A stretch of DNA of 64,000 nt from Mayamaea pseudoterrestris (GCA_027923505.1 BROI01000011.1:868001-932000); one strand, 5' to 3'. Numbered from the stretch's first letter, positions 23,807 through 36,448 are shown. Program-made: numbers and translations. The notes: generated by a model not told the origin, from the sequence alone.

Positions 23807-24115
23807 GGTTGTGTGATTTTGTTGATGAGCTGAAATGGTTTATGCGTGCCATGGTCTCGAGCGAGACGAACCTCACCCAACGGTGGAAAATGTCGTACTG
23901 GGTCTCAACGACATTCTAGCTATCGTAGCCTTAAAACTCGCCTTATCAGACACAGACATTGAATCCCACTGATATTACAACATCTTCTATAGATACCAAC
24001 ATTTTCGTAAATAAATAATTCTATACGAAAATTCACGTCTCACACGATCCCCATAGTCAGGACGCGATGCGTTCCTACCCTGTTGTCGCCTTGCACCAAA
24101 ATCAAAACTCGTACC

Positions 24116-26616
24116 TCATCTCCTCGCTTCGCAGGCCCCAGCTCCGGGACAGCAAACGTTACAGCATGAACATGATACCTCTGGAACGCTGCCACCACAG
24201 TCAGCCCATAGCTCAACTCCCATATCATTGACTGCCTGACATACATCGCTGGACACTGTTCCATTGAGATTGTTGTGCTCAAGGCCAATCTCGTCAATCC
24301 TGGTGAGCTGGCCCAGGGAGGATGGCACTTGGCCAGTCAATTGGTTCTCAAACAGATACAACTGTCTCAGTCCACCCAAGTCGCCGATACAGTCTGGTAT
24401 GGTGCCGGTCAACTCGTTCTCGTCAAGAAACAAGGCTTCGAGACTTGTCATTGTGCACAGCGAGGATGGTATTGAGCCATACAGTGCGTTCGCCGACAAG
24501 TAGAGGCCACGCAGCGCAGTGTTGCTACTCAGAGTGGATGGAATGGTGCCCTGAAGTTTGTTGGCGCTCATGAAAAGGATTTCTACAGTTTACAAAGTGA
24601 ACATCCAGGAGTGAGCATCAGATGAGAATGTAGGCAATTTATTACAAAGTCACGCCCCTTCTCTTACTTACCAAGCCGTTCTAGCGACGAAAAATTGTCA
24701 ACAACTAATCCCGAGAACTGGTTCTCCTGAATATAAAGATTCACAAGCCCGGCCATGTACGAAAAATCTGGAAGGGTGCCTCCGAGTCGGTTGCCGGCAA
24801 TGTTTAATGTCACAATCGAATCCATCGGCATTGTCTCGTTCAACAAGAAGCCGCCGGTGAAGTTGTTTTTGGCCAAGGACAAATATTGGAGATTGTTGAG
24901 TTCACTGAGCGCTTTCACAGGCAGGGTTCCGATGAATTCGTTTCGGTCAAGGTCAATTGACTTTAGTTGGCTTGCTCCGGCAATTTCGGCAGGCAGCGTG
25001 CCCCGTAACTTATTATTCTCCATGTATAAGTATTCCAAACTGGAGAGTCTTGATATTGATGAAGGAAAAGTACCGGAAAAGGAGTTGAAGCTCAATCCGA
25101 GGTATTGTATCTGTGTGTTGGCGAGGCTGTCGAAGGGAATGGTACCGAAAAGCTTGTTGTGCGTTAACACAAGCGTTTTCAAGCCTGTCAACGAGCCTAC
25201 CTGCGACGGGAAAGTGCCTTCTAACCTGTTGTCCTGCAAATTTATATATGTGAGCTTCGTCATGCGTCCAATCTCGACAGGAACCGTGCCTGTCAGCAGG
25301 TTGCGATAGAGTCCCATCTGGCGAAGGTTCTTCAGGTAGCCAAATGTTGTCGGAATCGTTCCCGTTATCTTCTCATCGTTGACAATCAAGTTCTCCAGAG
25401 TTAGGAGATAGCCCAATTCGGAAGGGAGATTCCCGTTCAGCCCCAAATAATCTACATAAAAATGATGAAATCGTCGCAATTGAGCTTTGTATACTTCAAT
25501 GTCCCAACAAGCCCGCATTTTTGATCTCTTGCACTTACCAAAGGCAATCGCCAGCACTTGCTCATTATCATTACACATCAAACCTGTCCACGCCTTCCCA
25601 TTTTCATTTTTGCATTCGTCGCTGACCAACCAATTATTGTCCGTCCAAGTTGTTTGCCCGCCAGTCGCAAAATACAAAGCCACCAGAATATATCGTTGCA
25701 GTACTCGCTCGCCGGGGATAGCATGTGCGGGATGCATCCATAGTGTGTCGTCGTAGAGTAACCAGTCGCGAGCCTTGGCTTGCGGTGATATTGGATCAAC
25801 TAAGGTTTTTGCACTGGTTACCCGTTCCAAAATCTTGTCAAGAGCTTGCTCGCGAGCCAATGCCGACGAAGAAGACGAGCTCCGGCCTTTATCATTGGCC
25901 GCCTCATTGCTTCCACCAAATATTGCGACAGCGACGGCAATGATCGCGCCGATCAAGACGACAGAGAGTACAACGAGGCCCACGACAATCAGCTTTCGTC
26001 GATTTGGTTGGTCGTCGTATTCATCAGCATGTGGGCTCAGATTCGTTCCATATCTCATTTTCGACACCGAGGAGCTCATACCGCGATTGCTTGTCTGGTT
26101 TCTATAGGAGGGTGATTTGAATGTCATTGAAGGCGTTCTGAAAGAGGATGTGATGCTTGCCGCTTTTGACTTGACTGACGACGCCAAGCTTTGAATGGGC
26201 GTTGAGCCACTGCTGCCGCTGCTGCTGCTACTTTTTGATGAAGCTGACAGAAATGCATGTCTATCGCTGTCTACAGATCTAAGCGAGGGGCCTCCGGACG
26301 CCATGCCATTATCGGCAGGGGCGCAGCTTTCAAGGTCGTTGTGCTGCGACATTGTGACGCTGATCTCTTCATCGTTTTGCAATGTCGATGGACGCAACTC
26401 ATTAGGATTATGTCCTCCAATAAGAGCACCTCGTGACCTTCGAAGCTCCGAAATGGTTTTTGTGTTACGAGATGGCATGGAGCTCATTGTGCGAGTCGAT
26501 GGAACAGCAGCCGTCGGCGGATCGAGAGACGCACTCAAGGACGTCGCGTCGTCCTCGTCGTCAAAAGGATTTCTAGCAAGCGACTTAGAAGGAGAAGGGT
26601 CTTCGCCGTGCATCAT
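24116..26616 (-). CDS. Membrane-anchored leucine-rich repeat protein (introns 25452-25538 and 24583-24671)
   Basis: Disordered N-terminus, one TM segment, SPQAKARDWL…QRYILVALYFATGG…W cap, plant-type LRRs (L..N.L.GTIP) and a C-terminal ADC…CSCCNVC. Confidence 0.9.
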
Positions 26617-26918
26617 GGTGAAGTAGATTGTTCTAGGTCGTGCTGTTAGTCAGTTTTTGTCCATCATTCCCAACTGTCGACGAAAGAGCCGCCGCCGAAA
26701 ATTTGATCGTCGCAACGCTTTCATCGCGCATCAAGCAGTGGATGCGCGCAGCTCGCCTCGCTCGCTACTCACCGCGTGCGCTATGCCATATAGAAAGGGC
26801 AGCAGTGTTATGAGTTAACGAGCGCTGACCAGCTGTGCGAAGAATCTCGCTATCGTCTTAGCAAAAATGCCGCTAGCGCTGTAAACATACTCTCCTATGA
26901 TCATATTACAAAGAATAT

Positions 26919-29507
26919 CTAGTACGAGTTCGACGTAGAGCGCGAAGTCGTCACAAATGTTAATCTTCCACCAACAGGCGCCTGGGTAAATCGATGTTGC
27001 GAGAATTGGGCAACATTATTTGCCCTACCCCATGCATACTTCTCGTCAGATGTCCGCTGCTTTCTCTGCTTCGTGTCAGGTGAGCTCTGGGTGCTATTTT
27101 GTATAGAAGAAAGGCTTCCAGTTTCTGTTGCCGATAATCTGGTGGCTTGATTGCTTCGAACCTTTCGAGGCGATTCCTCGTCCGAAGAGCTTGGGCAAGG
27201 ACTGGCAATATCGAGGCCGGTTGGTCGAAAGGCTGATGGATGTCTGGTTACCTTTGCTGCTGCCTTTCTCCGCTTGCGAGTTTTGTTACGTCGATCTCCA
27301 TCTGACTCATCCGAAGAAGATAGGCGGACATCATATATGATACTGACATAATCTCTTTTACGTTCTTGAGCATCGCGAGAATTTTTGGCATTTCCGCGCA
27401 CCCCATTTGGTGTCTGTTGACTAGTTCCAGTGCCCTGGCTCATGTTGTAAGGACTAGATCGTATAGATCTTTTGCGAAGAGGCGAGCCGACCGACAAAGT
27501 AGAGCCACCTTGTGTCCGGCTTGGCGCTAGGGGTGGTATCGTCGACTGTCTCGTCGGATGAACCACTTTTGATGCCACATCAATGCCACTAGGAGCAAGC
27601 ATATAATTATCATCATCAGAGTCAGAGCTGGGCAAGTCGGCGTACATGCCAGTCGCACGAGAGGCACTCTCATGCCGTCCGATTGCCGATGCAATCCGCA
27701 CGTCATTAGAGTCGCTTGCTCTGGTTACTTTGAGGTGACTAACTGGAAGTGTCTCCACATTGTCATTGATTGGTGGTTGCTCAGCCTTTCCTTTCGGAAG
27801 TCGCTCGCTTGCGCCACTGGCGTACGCAGTTCCGCCTTTCCGAAAACCTAGTAAACCTTCGACAGCATCATCATGCGCCGATACATTACCCAACAATGTA
27901 CTAATTACATTGACACTGGCAGCAGGTTCAAACGACGTCTTTTCAGCAGGTCGCCGTTTCGTAGTCAACCAGCCTGTTGACGACTGAGCTGTGCTTTTAT
28001 ATTGATTGCCGGTCAGAGTAAAGGTTTGTAAATTGCTTTGCGACCGTGCTTCTAGTAGTTCTTCCGTATATTGCGGCTCAGATTCTCTCGCCATCGTATG
28101 TTTCTCGGTACTCAGTGGATCAATTCTAGGCAAGCTTGCTTTTTGGCCTCCGTCGTCGTCAACTTCCGAGTCCGAAGAAAGAAAATCATCATTCTTGCCA
28201 GACGCAAGCACATCGACTCGACATGAAATTGCCGTCTTCTTCAGTATCTCCATCGGAGAAATTGAGGAGCCATTGCTATTCAACCGACGCCGTGGACGAG
28301 GTAACAGCGGCGAATCGTCCGAGGACGATGATGATGTGGACGAAGACGAGGGTGATTGCGGCGACGTCCGACCATTGCAGGCAGGCTCATGTTGCTTCTT
28401 GTCGGCGTCAGTTGTAGATTCATCTTCCAAACTCTCCATCATTTGCGTCTTTGTCTTCTTGGCCATTCGATCGTCAATTAGCTTTGTCCCTTGCGCGATC
28501 ATTTTTTGCAAATCATTCAACTGCTTTTCGAACGCTGCCATGTTTCCAGATACTTGTTCGTTCATTGCCGCTTTTTTCATCCGAAAATTTTGAATCGGTC
28601 GAAACATGCCTGGATGCTGAACCAGTTCTCCCTTGAGCAACTCCTTGATACGCTTGACTTGATGGTCCGACGGCAAAAACTCGCCGTTCGACAAGACGAG
28701 TGGAAATTGTCGTTTGGGGTCAGTGTTCCAAACCTGAGCAACGCATCGGCCTTCTGGTCGTCCAGCGACATACATGGGACTGCAATATTGAATGACATCG
28801 CCGGGTCGGAGCGGCTCGTTTGACGATTCATTCAAGTCGACGCAATACGACTGACCCAAGTCTTGCTCATAGGGAAGCTCCAATTCGCTGTCCGAAGACG
28901 AGGAAGAATCAATTTGCAAGGGACGCTTTGATGTATTAGCATGCTTCCCATTGCTCAATGACTTGCCAGCTGGCTTTATGGCGCGCTTTGCTACAGAAGC
29001 AATGAGTTGTACCTCGTCATCGCTGTCGTCGCTCGAACTACTACTCTGCGTGTCATTCAACTTTGATTGAAACGTCTTGGCTGGCGTCGTCCTCTTGGAC
29101 GCAGTAAATTGTACAAGAGGTAATGGAGGGCTTGTGAACTTCTTTGCAGCGGAAGAATGACGTTGATTTGCGCAATTTTTGCGAGCCGAGGCTTGCTTGC
29201 CTCGAGAAGCAGTCGTAATCGATTTCGTTGCAGCAGCTGCTGCAGGAGTATGGTAGCGCTGTCGCTTCTTTGTCTGCGAAGTTACTACTTGCTGTTTCTG
29301 TAGCTCCTGAATTTTTTCATGCATTGGCGGAAGGATTGGTTTACCGCGAGGAAGCTTCGGATGCTTCTTGTTTGGATTGCCAATGCAAAGTTTGCGCAGT
29401 GGTTGTGCAGCTGCCGATTTTCGAGGCGGCAATTGGAGCGACTGCGTCGAGTGAAACGAAAGCTGCGACTCAAGCTTCTCGTCGTCATCTGATGCGTTCC
29501 GCGGCAT
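26919..29507 (-). CDS. Hypothetical, largely disordered Ser/Lys-rich protein
   Basis: 862-aa ORF with one small globular-looking segment (LRPGDVIQYCSPMYVAG…PLVLSNGEFL); family not recognised. Confidence 0.7.
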   Translation of the reverse strand: MPRNASDDDEKLESQLSFHSTQSLQLPPRKSAAAQPLRKLCIGNPNKKHPKLPRGKPILPPMHEKIQELQKQQVVTSQTKKRQRYHTPAAAAATKSITTASRGKQASARKNCANQRHSSAAKKFTSPPLPLVQFTASKRTTPAKTFQSKLNDTQSSSSSDDSDDEVQLIASVAKRAIKPAGKSLSNGKHANTSKRPLQIDSSSSSDSELELPYEQDLGQSYCVDLNESSNEPLRPGDVIQYCSPMYVAGRPEGRCVAQVWNTDPKRQFPLVLSNGEFLPSDHQVKRIKELLKGELVQHPGMFRPIQNFRMKKAAMNEQVSGNMAAFEKQLNDLQKMIAQGTKLIDDRMAKKTKTQMMESLEDESTTDADKKQHEPACNGRTSPQSPSSSSTSSSSSDDSPLLPRPRRRLNSNGSSISPMEILKKTAISCRVDVLASGKNDDFLSSDSEVDDDGGQKASLPRIDPLSTEKHTMARESEPQYTEELLEARSQSNLQTFTLTGNQYKSTAQSSTGWLTTKRRPAEKTSFEPAASVNVISTLLGNVSAHDDAVEGLLGFRKGGTAYASGASERLPKGKAEQPPINDNVETLPVSHLKVTRASDSNDVRIASAIGRHESASRATGMYADLPSSDSDDDNYMLAPSGIDVASKVVHPTRQSTIPPLAPSRTQGGSTLSVGSPLRKRSIRSSPYNMSQGTGTSQQTPNGVRGNAKNSRDAQERKRDYVSIIYDVRLSSSDESDGDRRNKTRKRRKAAAKVTRHPSAFRPTGLDIASPCPSSSDEESPRKVRSNQATRLSATETGSLSSIQNSTQSSPDTKQRKQRTSDEKYAWGRANNVAQFSQHRFTQAPVGGRLTFVTTSRSTSNSY

Positions 29508-30143
29508 GCTTACATATAGTTTTTGGGATGCAGGAAAGACGTGTTGTTACCGCAGTGCAAAAGCTGTGATGGTGGACGACTGGACGAATGATCGAAAATG
29601 TGCCATGGTCGCTCAATCTTCACGCCAACGGCCAGTCACGTGTCGTCAGTCCCGAATGAAACGTCATTCTATATTCCCGAACCTCTTCTTTGCTCAATCG
29701 TTTCTGGCGAAGAACCCGATCGCCGTGACTTGCTAAATTTTTCGCAGAGCTGTTGGCGACAATCCACGCCGATCGATCCGTTCACTGTTGCGCTGCTGGT
29801 AAGTCGATTCCACCATGGCTTGTGCTACTGACGGAGTATAGTTGCATGCATTTACTGTATCGATGTTAGAGAGATGTATATGAAGTGATTTGATGTGCAT
29901 AGAGTTACGGCTCCGACTGGTCTGATTTCGAAACTTTGGTCCGTGACGTTTGGCGCTCCATCAGAGTTGTTCGCTCCTCGCTATTGCCAAGAAGTGGCTA
30001 TATTTCGTAGTAGTCTTCAAGATGGCGTTACCATTGCATCCAATGTGCTTTGTATTCACTCAATATTTCCTCTTTCTTCTCCGTCTCTAGTGGTTGAATA
30101 CTCCGCGTCGTTAAATTTGAAGCCTCCTCCACCCAATTGCATC

Positions 30144-32015
30144 ATGAGCAGCCTCGACACTGAAAAGGAATCAGACTATGGCTTCATCTTCAAGGTCTCT
30201 GGACCGCTGGTCGTTGCTGATGGCATGAGCGGAGCTGCCATGTACGAACTCGTCCGTGTCGGCCATTCCAAGCTTGTCGGAGAAATTATCAAGCTTGAAG
30301 GCGACACTGCATCCATCCAGGTCTACGAAGACACTTCTGGATTGACGGTCGGTGACCCAGTCCTCCGCAAGAAGGCTCCTCTTTCCGTAGAACTCGGACC
30401 TGGTATCATGGGAACCATTTTTGATGGTATTCAGCGTCCGCTCGAGTCTATTTTTGTCTCGTCGGGAGACGTTTACGTTCCAAAGGGAGTGGACGTTCCT
30501 TGCTTGTCGCGCGACAAGCGCTGGACCTTTACGCCGACAGATTTCAAGGAAGGACAGCCTGTCGCTGGAGGAGACGTCATCGGAATTGTTTACGAGAATG
30601 AGCTCATCGATTCGCACAAGATTCTCTGCCCGCCCAATGTCTACGGAACGGTCACCAAGATTCACACTACTGGTACCGATGGCAACGACCAGTTCTCGGT
30701 TGACGACATTGTCATGGAAGTCTACAATGAAGCGCAAAGCAAGACGCACAAGCTGACGCTCTCGCACTTTTGGCCTGTTCGTCGTCCCCGTCCCATTGCC
30801 GAGAAGCTTCCAGGCAACCAGCCCCTCATTACCGGCCTTCGCGTCATTGACGCTCTCTTTCCGTCGGTGCTTGGTGGAACATGCGCGGTTCCTGGAGCCT
30901 TTGGATGCGGAAAGACTGTCATTTCCCAGTCGCTGTCCAAGTTTTCCAACTCTGACTGCATTGTCTACGTTGGTTGCGGAGAGCGCGGTAACGAGATGGC
31001 GGAAGTTTTGTGCGATTTCCCTGAGCTTACCATGACGATCAAGGACGAGAATGGCAAAGACAAGGAGGTTGGTATCATGAAGCGTACTACGTTGGTCGCC
31101 AATACCTCCAACATGCCTGTGGCTGCCCGTGAGGCTTCGATCTACACGGGTATCACCTTGGCCGAGTACTTTCGTGATCAGGGCATGAACGTTTCCATGA
31201 TGGCTGACTCGACCTCGCGTTGGGCCGAGGCCCTTCGTGAAATCTCTGGTCGTCTCGGAGAGATGCCTGCCGACAGTGGATACCCTGCCTACCTTGGTGC
31301 TCGTTTGGCTGCCTTTTACGAGCGCGCTGGACGCGTCGCCTGTCTTGGTTCGCCGACTCGCGAGGGTACTGTCACTGTCGTCGGAGCCGTCTCCCCACCA
31401 GGTGGTGACTTTTCTGATCCAGTTACTGCTGCTACGCTTTCCATTGTCCAAGTCTTTTGGGGTCTTGACAAGAAGCTTGCCCAGCGAAAGCATTTCCCAA
31501 GTTTGAACTGGCTGATCTCGTACACCAAGTACATGCAGGTTCTTGAGCCATATTTCAACAACATGGACCCGCAGTACTCGTACTTGCGAAACCAAGCGCG
31601 TACTATCCTTCAGCAGGAGGACAACTTGAGCGAGATTGTACAGCTTGTAGGAAAGGAGTCGCTCTCGGAGGACCAAAAGGTTGTCATGGAGGTAGCCAAG
31701 CTCATTCGCGAAGATTTCCTTGCGCAGAATGCCTTTACAGAGCATGATTACACTTGTCCCTTGGCCAAATCGGTTGGCATGCTTCGCGTTATTGTCACCT
31801 TCTACGATTTGTGCCAAAAGTCGATTGCTGACTCGAGCTCGGACAATAAGCTGACGTATGCTCACATCAAGACGGCTCTGGCTCCTATCATCCAGAAGGT
31901 AATTGATACCAAGTATGTTGACCCCAAGGCCAAGGCGGATGACATTGCGGCTGGCTATGACGTGATTGTCGAGGAGATGAAGCGCGAGTTTCAGCAATTG
32001 ACGGACGGCATCTAA
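30144..32015 (+). CDS. ATP6V1A: V-type H+-ATPase catalytic subunit A
   Basis: [10 protein letters not shown]-loop [33 protein letters not shown] and [14 protein letters not shown]. Confidence 0.98.
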   Translation: MSSLDTEKESDYGFIFKVSGPLVVADGMSGAAMYELVRVGHSKLVGEIIKLEGDTASIQVYEDTSGLTVGDPVLRKKAPLSVELGPGIMGTIFDGIQRPLESIFVSSGDVYVPKGVDVPCLSRDKRWTFTPTDFKEGQPVAGGDVIGIVYENELIDSHKILCPPNVYGTVTKIHTTGTDGNDQFSVDDIVMEVYNEAQSKTHKLTLSHFWPVRRPRPIAEKLPGNQPLITGLRVIDALFPSVLGGTCAVPGAFGCGKTVISQSLSKFSNSDCIVYVGCGERGNEMAEVLCDFPELTMTIKDENGKDKEVGIMKRTTLVANTSNMPVAAREASIYTGITLAEYFRDQGMNVSMMADSTSRWAEALREISGRLGEMPADSGYPAYLGARLAAFYERAGRVACLGSPTREGTVTVVGAVSPPGGDFSDPVTAATLSIVQVFWGLDKKLAQRKHFPSLNWLISYTKYMQVLEPYFNNMDPQYSYLRNQARTILQQEDNLSEIVQLVGKESLSEDQKVVMEVAKLIREDFLAQNAFTEHDYTCPLAKSVGMLRVIVTFYDLCQKSIADSSSDNKLTYAHIKTALAPIIQKVIDTKYVDPKAKADDIAAGYDVIVEEMKREFQQLTDGI

Positions 32016-32281
32016 GTGATGCGTTCATTGGAACAGAGGAAGTTAATCGACTATAAAGAATCATTTACTATCTGTTACTTTTGCTTAGTACACTATACTA
32101 CGAATAAAAAGAAAAGCTATGCAATGCTATGAGTTATGAGCGGCAAGGAAGCGAGTTTTCGGCCGAGGCCACGTGGGAGCGCGTCGCATCGGCGGGTTCC
32201 GGAACTTTCGAAAATGCCGGCCGACGCTCATTGCGCCGTCGCATGAATGCTCACATTTTGACCGACACCCCACAAACGAAA

Positions 32282-33199
32282 ATGACATCAAGACTACCTT
32301 TTCTATTGCTATGCTTGACAAGTGTTGTATCAGCGTTTGCCATTAACGGACAACCAGCCTTTCAAGCCAGGACGTCCTCACTCGCTAGCTCAACCATCAG
32401 CTCTTCGCTTACGACAGAGCTCAAGCCTCCAGCTGCCTTGTATGATGGAGCAGTCGCAGCTGGAGCAGCCAAAGCCTCTGGATCATTTGCAAAGACCTTT
32501 AAGCTTGGCGTTGTCGCAGGTTGTCATATTGCCTTTGGCATGTTCCTTTCATGTTCCGTCGGAGGAGCTTGTCCAGGCCTCGCCGCGTCGAATCCAGGCT
32601 TGCAAAAGATTGTCGCAGGAGCATTTGGACTGCCGTTTGGACTCATTATGACTCTTGTGACGGGAGGAGAATTGTTCACTGGCAATACGGCCTTGGTGAC
32701 GGCTGCTCGCGTCGAAGGCAAGATTAAAACCAAGGACTTGGCTCGCAACTGGTCGGCATCCTACCTTGGGAACTTTGTTGGCAGCTTGCTGCTCGCCTAT
32801 TTGGCCTTCAAAAGTGGAACATTGGGAGCCGCTCCAGGGGCCGTGAATATCGCGACTGCGAAATGCTCCTTGGCGTGGGATGTTGCCTTTGTACGTGGCA
32901 TTCTCTGCAACTGGCTCGTTTGCATGGCCGTGTACATGGCCAGTGGCTGCTCGAGCATGATTGGCAAGATGACAGCCGTCTGGTTTCCTATTAGTGCTTT
33001 TGTGGCTCTTGGCTTGGACCATTCTATTGCCAACATGTTTATCATTCCGCTCGGCATTATGCGAGGAGCGGAGATTACGGTTCTCCAAATGTTCACCAAG
33101 AATCTTATTCCGGTCACGCTCGGCAACATTGTCGGCGGTGCACTATGTGCCATGATGCCTTACGGGTCAACGTTTGGCAAATGGACCGAGAAGAAGTGA
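32282..33199 (+). CDS. Formate/nitrite transporter (NAR1/LCIA-like), plastid-targeted
   Basis: GGELFTGN, GNFVG, GILCNWLVC, DHSIANM and VTLGNIVGG motifs. The N-terminus …VVSAFA is a signal peptide plus ASAFAP-like motif. Confidence 0.93.
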   Translation: MTSRLPFLLLCLTSVVSAFAINGQPAFQARTSSLASSTISSSLTTELKPPAALYDGAVAAGAAKASGSFAKTFKLGVVAGCHIAFGMFLSCSVGGACPGLAASNPGLQKIVAGAFGLPFGLIMTLVTGGELFTGNTALVTAARVEGKIKTKDLARNWSASYLGNFVGSLLLAYLAFKSGTLGAAPGAVNIATAKCSLAWDVAFVRGILCNWLVCMAVYMASGCSSMIGKMTAVWFPISAFVALGLDHSIANMFIIPLGIMRGAEITVLQMFTKNLIPVTLGNIVGGALCAMMPYGSTFGKWTEKK

Positions 33200-33335
33200 G
33201 ACGCTACATTTGTTTTTTGCTACTGATTTCTTGCTCGCCGCGAGCAGCTTCCACTGCTAATTTTGATATTTTGACTACCAGTGGTAGTTTTTTTGACACC
33301 AATTTTTTGCAACTACAGACTACTTTTGCCACGTT

Positions 33336-34046
33336 TTAAAGTTCCTCTTCTTCCTCATCAATCTCATCAAGTATTTCGTCAATAGCCGGAATCAAATCGA
33401 GAGGCTCTACGCCATTAAAGACTTGCACGCCGCCCCTGTGATCAATCACGTAGTAAGTCGCAAAGTTCCACTTAATGTTTGCAGGTCCAGCCTCCCGCTT
33501 CAAAAACAAATATACTGGATGTGTCTCGGGCCCGTTCACGTCAATCTTCTCCATGACAGTGCCATGGAATCCTTTCTTTTCGCAAAATTGAGAGATTTCT
33601 TCACTACTTCCTGGCTCCTGGGCACCAAATTGGTTACATGGAAAGACCATGACCTCGACGAAGTCGTTTTCGTAATGCTCATGAAGCTCCTTCAAGCCTT
33701 TGTAATGCGAGTCAGTGTATCCGCACTGACTTGCAACGTTTGTGATCACCGTTACAATACCTTCAAACTCATCGAAATGGATCTCTTCTCCTTCAATGTT
33801 ATTAGCCGCCAAGTCAAAGAATGAATCAATGTCTGCAATCTTGGCTTCGTTGGCCTGCACGACTTCGGCAGCCTTGGCACAACTCGTAGCGCAATTGGTG
33901 CTCATGAAATCAGAGTTCGACTCGCATTCGCCAGCCTCGGCCCATCCTGGACACTCGGGCTTGACGTCGGCAGCAGGAACATCATCCGCGACCGACAAGG
34001 CGAGAAGCGAAGAAAGGAGGGAAAGAGTAAATGCGATGGATCTCAT
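33336..34046 (-). CDS. Cys-type glutathione peroxidase with N-terminal ShKT domain
   Basis: Signal peptide; CPGWAEAGECESNSDFMSTNCATSC (ShKT); NVASQCGYT, FPCNQFG and WNF motifs; ends in EEL. Confidence 0.92.
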   Translation of the reverse strand: MRSIAFTLSLLSSLLALSVADDVPAADVKPECPGWAEAGECESNSDFMSTNCATSCAKAAEVVQANEAKIADIDSFFDLAANNIEGEEIHFDEFEGIVTVITNVASQCGYTDSHYKGLKELHEHYENDFVEVMVFPCNQFGAQEPGSSEEISQFCEKKGFHGTVMEKIDVNGPETHPVYLFLKREAGPANIKWNFATYYVIDHRGGVQVFNGVEPLDLIPAIDEILDEIDEEEEEL

Positions 34047-34453
34047 CGTGCTGTGATAGTGGCGTTGCTTAAAAGAAGGCTGCTGAAAGTACCGGTAGTC
34101 ACCTAAGAGTTTGTGATTGAAGTGTTAAATGCACCGCTGTTATGGTACCGTACGTGTAACCTTCGTTGTCATGGTCATTTTCACCTTGCTCCATGTCTGC
34201 AATGTCGCATCGAAACTCATTTGACGGAACCCACGCCAAGAGTCGCCAGTCAGTTTTTAAGCTACTACCGTAGGGTAGTAACCTTCTAACACCTTAAAAT
34301 GATACGGCGACAATTCTGTCATCATCGCGCAAGCTATATGTACCAATTGAAAATGTTGTTCTATCTATATGCGTTTTTTGTCGTAAATTATTGCACGAAG
34401 ACGCGACGCAGACGCACCCACGAGACTTTGCATCCTTGATCTTTCACACAAAC

Positions 34454-35914
34454 TTACAAGCTCGACTTGGACCATGCAGCGCCATCATCCACCGTGTTGC
34501 CTTCTCCTTGCAAGCTATAATCATTTGCGTCCAGCTCTCCAATTGTCTCTTGATCTTCAGCTTCGCGCATCATTTTCGAGACGGTGTTGTCTCTCGTAAA
34601 AATGGTCGGGTCTTCCAGCATACTAATCTCGTCATCCTGTCGCACCTCAATGAATCGGTCCGTGGGAGTCATAAACGATGTATTGGGTGTGCTTTGTTGC
34701 TGAGACGGTGGTCGATGCATGCGCTCCGCAAGGCTCTGCTCAAAGTCCTTGTCGACGCCCCGCTTGTCATTGTTTTGGAGCCGCTTGCCGAGGAAAAAGC
34801 CAGCGAGCAAAACGACACTTAACAGTGCGACCACACCGACCGCAGATCCGACAATGACACCCAGACTAGCTCCCTCCTTCTCGTCCTCTTCGTCCGATGG
34901 ATTGGCAACCTCCGGCGACGTGACACCCGCAGTTGGCGACTTGGTCGGCTCCCGTGTGAGTTGCAAATCGTCATCAAAAGTGACATCGTCATCTGCACCT
35001 GACGCAGAGGGACTTGGACCGGCTTGTGGAGACGATCCGTCTGGTACCGAAGGTTGCAGAGTCGCTGAAGTAGCATCGTCATCGCCGGCCACTGGTTGGG
35101 ATGGTCCGCTAACTGGATCTCCATTTGGCTTGTACGAACTCACCGCCGGACTGGGCGTATACGCTGCCACTGGAGATGGCGTTGGAGGCGGTGACGTTGG
35201 ACTTGACACTGGCGAAATTGGCGAAAAGGTTCCAGGCGAGACACCACTTTGCGACGTGGGCGCGATTGTTGGTACTGCATCGTCATCTGTGTCATTTGCG
35301 TCGTCATCGTCAACAACAACATCATCATCAATGTCTCCCGCCGTTGCATTATTCGCAGCATCATCCGTCTGCGAGACGGTGACATCATCGCTATCTGCCA
35401 AGCATGCGTAGCAGTCGCCCGTAATGTAAAAGGTAATGCTCAAAGTTTCATCAGTGCTATCCAAGGTAAAGCAACTTCTGCTGCCAGTATCAGCGTCTTT
35501 GCCTTGTACCAAGTATTCTGGAGTCGAAAGTCTTGCGTACATGCTGGAAACATCAAATTCCCGATCGCACGTAGAATCGCCATCGCTGCTGCTGCAGTCT
35601 GCATTGGTGCATCCGCTCTGATAGATTCCAACGTCTCCCGACGAAAGACATTTCGCAACATAATTTCCTAAAAGTCGATCGCTGGATCCGCTGATTGTTC
35701 GCATTGCGTTGCATTGTTGATTCGCCATCAAAATGCCGACAGAGTCGGGTGACGCTTCTCCGCTTTTGCAATCGTCGGCACTGTCAAAGACATTGAGTCT
35801 CAACCGACAGCTATTCCCAGCGTTGACGCTATTTTCTGATAAAATTAACAGTGAAATCGAAAGGAATATCAGCCAGTTCCGTCTTGGTTGCTGCGTGATT
35901 GTAATAGGCGTCAT
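34454..35914 (-). CDS. Type I membrane protein with Cys-containing ectodomain and Pro/Ser/Asp-rich stalk
   Basis: Signal-like hydrophobic stretch, Cys-rich domain, PTS-rich linker and a TM segment (LGVIVGSAVGVVALLSVVLLAGFFL). Confidence 0.75.
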   Translation of the reverse strand: MTPITITQQPRRNWLIFLSISLLILSENSVNAGNSCRLRLNVFDSADDCKSGEASPDSVGILMANQQCNAMRTISGSSDRLLGNYVAKCLSSGDVGIYQSGCTNADCSSSDGDSTCDREFDVSSMYARLSTPEYLVQGKDADTGSRSCFTLDSTDETLSITFYITGDCYACLADSDDVTVSQTDDAANNATAGDIDDDVVVDDDDANDTDDDAVPTIAPTSQSGVSPGTFSPISPVSSPTSPPPTPSPVAAYTPSPAVSSYKPNGDPVSGPSQPVAGDDDATSATLQPSVPDGSSPQAGPSPSASGADDDVTFDDDLQLTREPTKSPTAGVTSPEVANPSDEEDEKEGASLGVIVGSAVGVVALLSVVLLAGFFLGKRLQNNDKRGVDKDFEQSLAERMHRPPSQQQSTPNTSFMTPTDRFIEVRQDDEISMLEDPTIFTRDNTVSKMMREAEDQETIGELDANDYSLQGEGNTVDDGAAWSKSSL

Positions 35915-36346
35915 GCTCGATGCAGAGTCTATAAGTGGCTGTTCCTCTTCCGAATTTGTCGCAAGCAGCTTCGTTCGCAAAAAGAAATATTCAACCGTCT
36001 ACCGGTAGAGACCTGCAATATTATATTCTTGCTAGCGTCCTTGTAGAGACTATCAGTATCCTATATCTCTACACCAGCGGGAGCCGCTCACTTGTTTGTT
36101 TCGATTTGTTCCTTCGACCAAGCGCAGTTCGTGTAAAGCACGCCGCAAGGGGGCACTCGATCGGCGACGTGGAGCCGCGCCCGCGCGCTACACATGATTG
36201 GCGCGCATGATTGCGCGTGCTTGTTTATGGCAATGTGACTGCAATCACGAATTATTGAAGCAATCAATGACTGTGAAAGAAAAATGAGTTGATTTAAAGG
36301 TCTCACTTTCAATTATGGCACAAAAGACATTTTATATATATAATTA

Positions 36347-36448
36347 TTCTACAAAGCAGTGGTTCAATCAGTACTCTTGTATGGCAGCGAATTGTGGAAC
36401 ATGAGTTCCCCTATGCTGAAGATGTTACAAGGCTTCCACCACCAGGTA
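36347..36448 (+). pseudogene. Fragment of non-LTR retrotransposon (RTE-like) reverse transcriptase, C-terminal/thumb region
   Basis: Manual translation gives FYKAVVQSVLLYGSELWNMSSPMLKMLQGFHHQV, matching the Y.A.V..vLLYG.E.W…L..FH pattern of RTE-clade LINEs. Flanked by AT-rich junctions and too short for the ORF track. Confidence 0.75.

Noticed and set aside
29895..30143. 83-aa N-terminal extension of V-ATPase A in the ORF track
   Set aside because: It starts at GTG. Family similarity begins just after the ATG at 30144, so this is likely 5' UTR or promoter.
30171..31997. 608-aa minus-strand ORF
   Set aside because: Antisense shadow of the codon-biased V-ATPase A gene.
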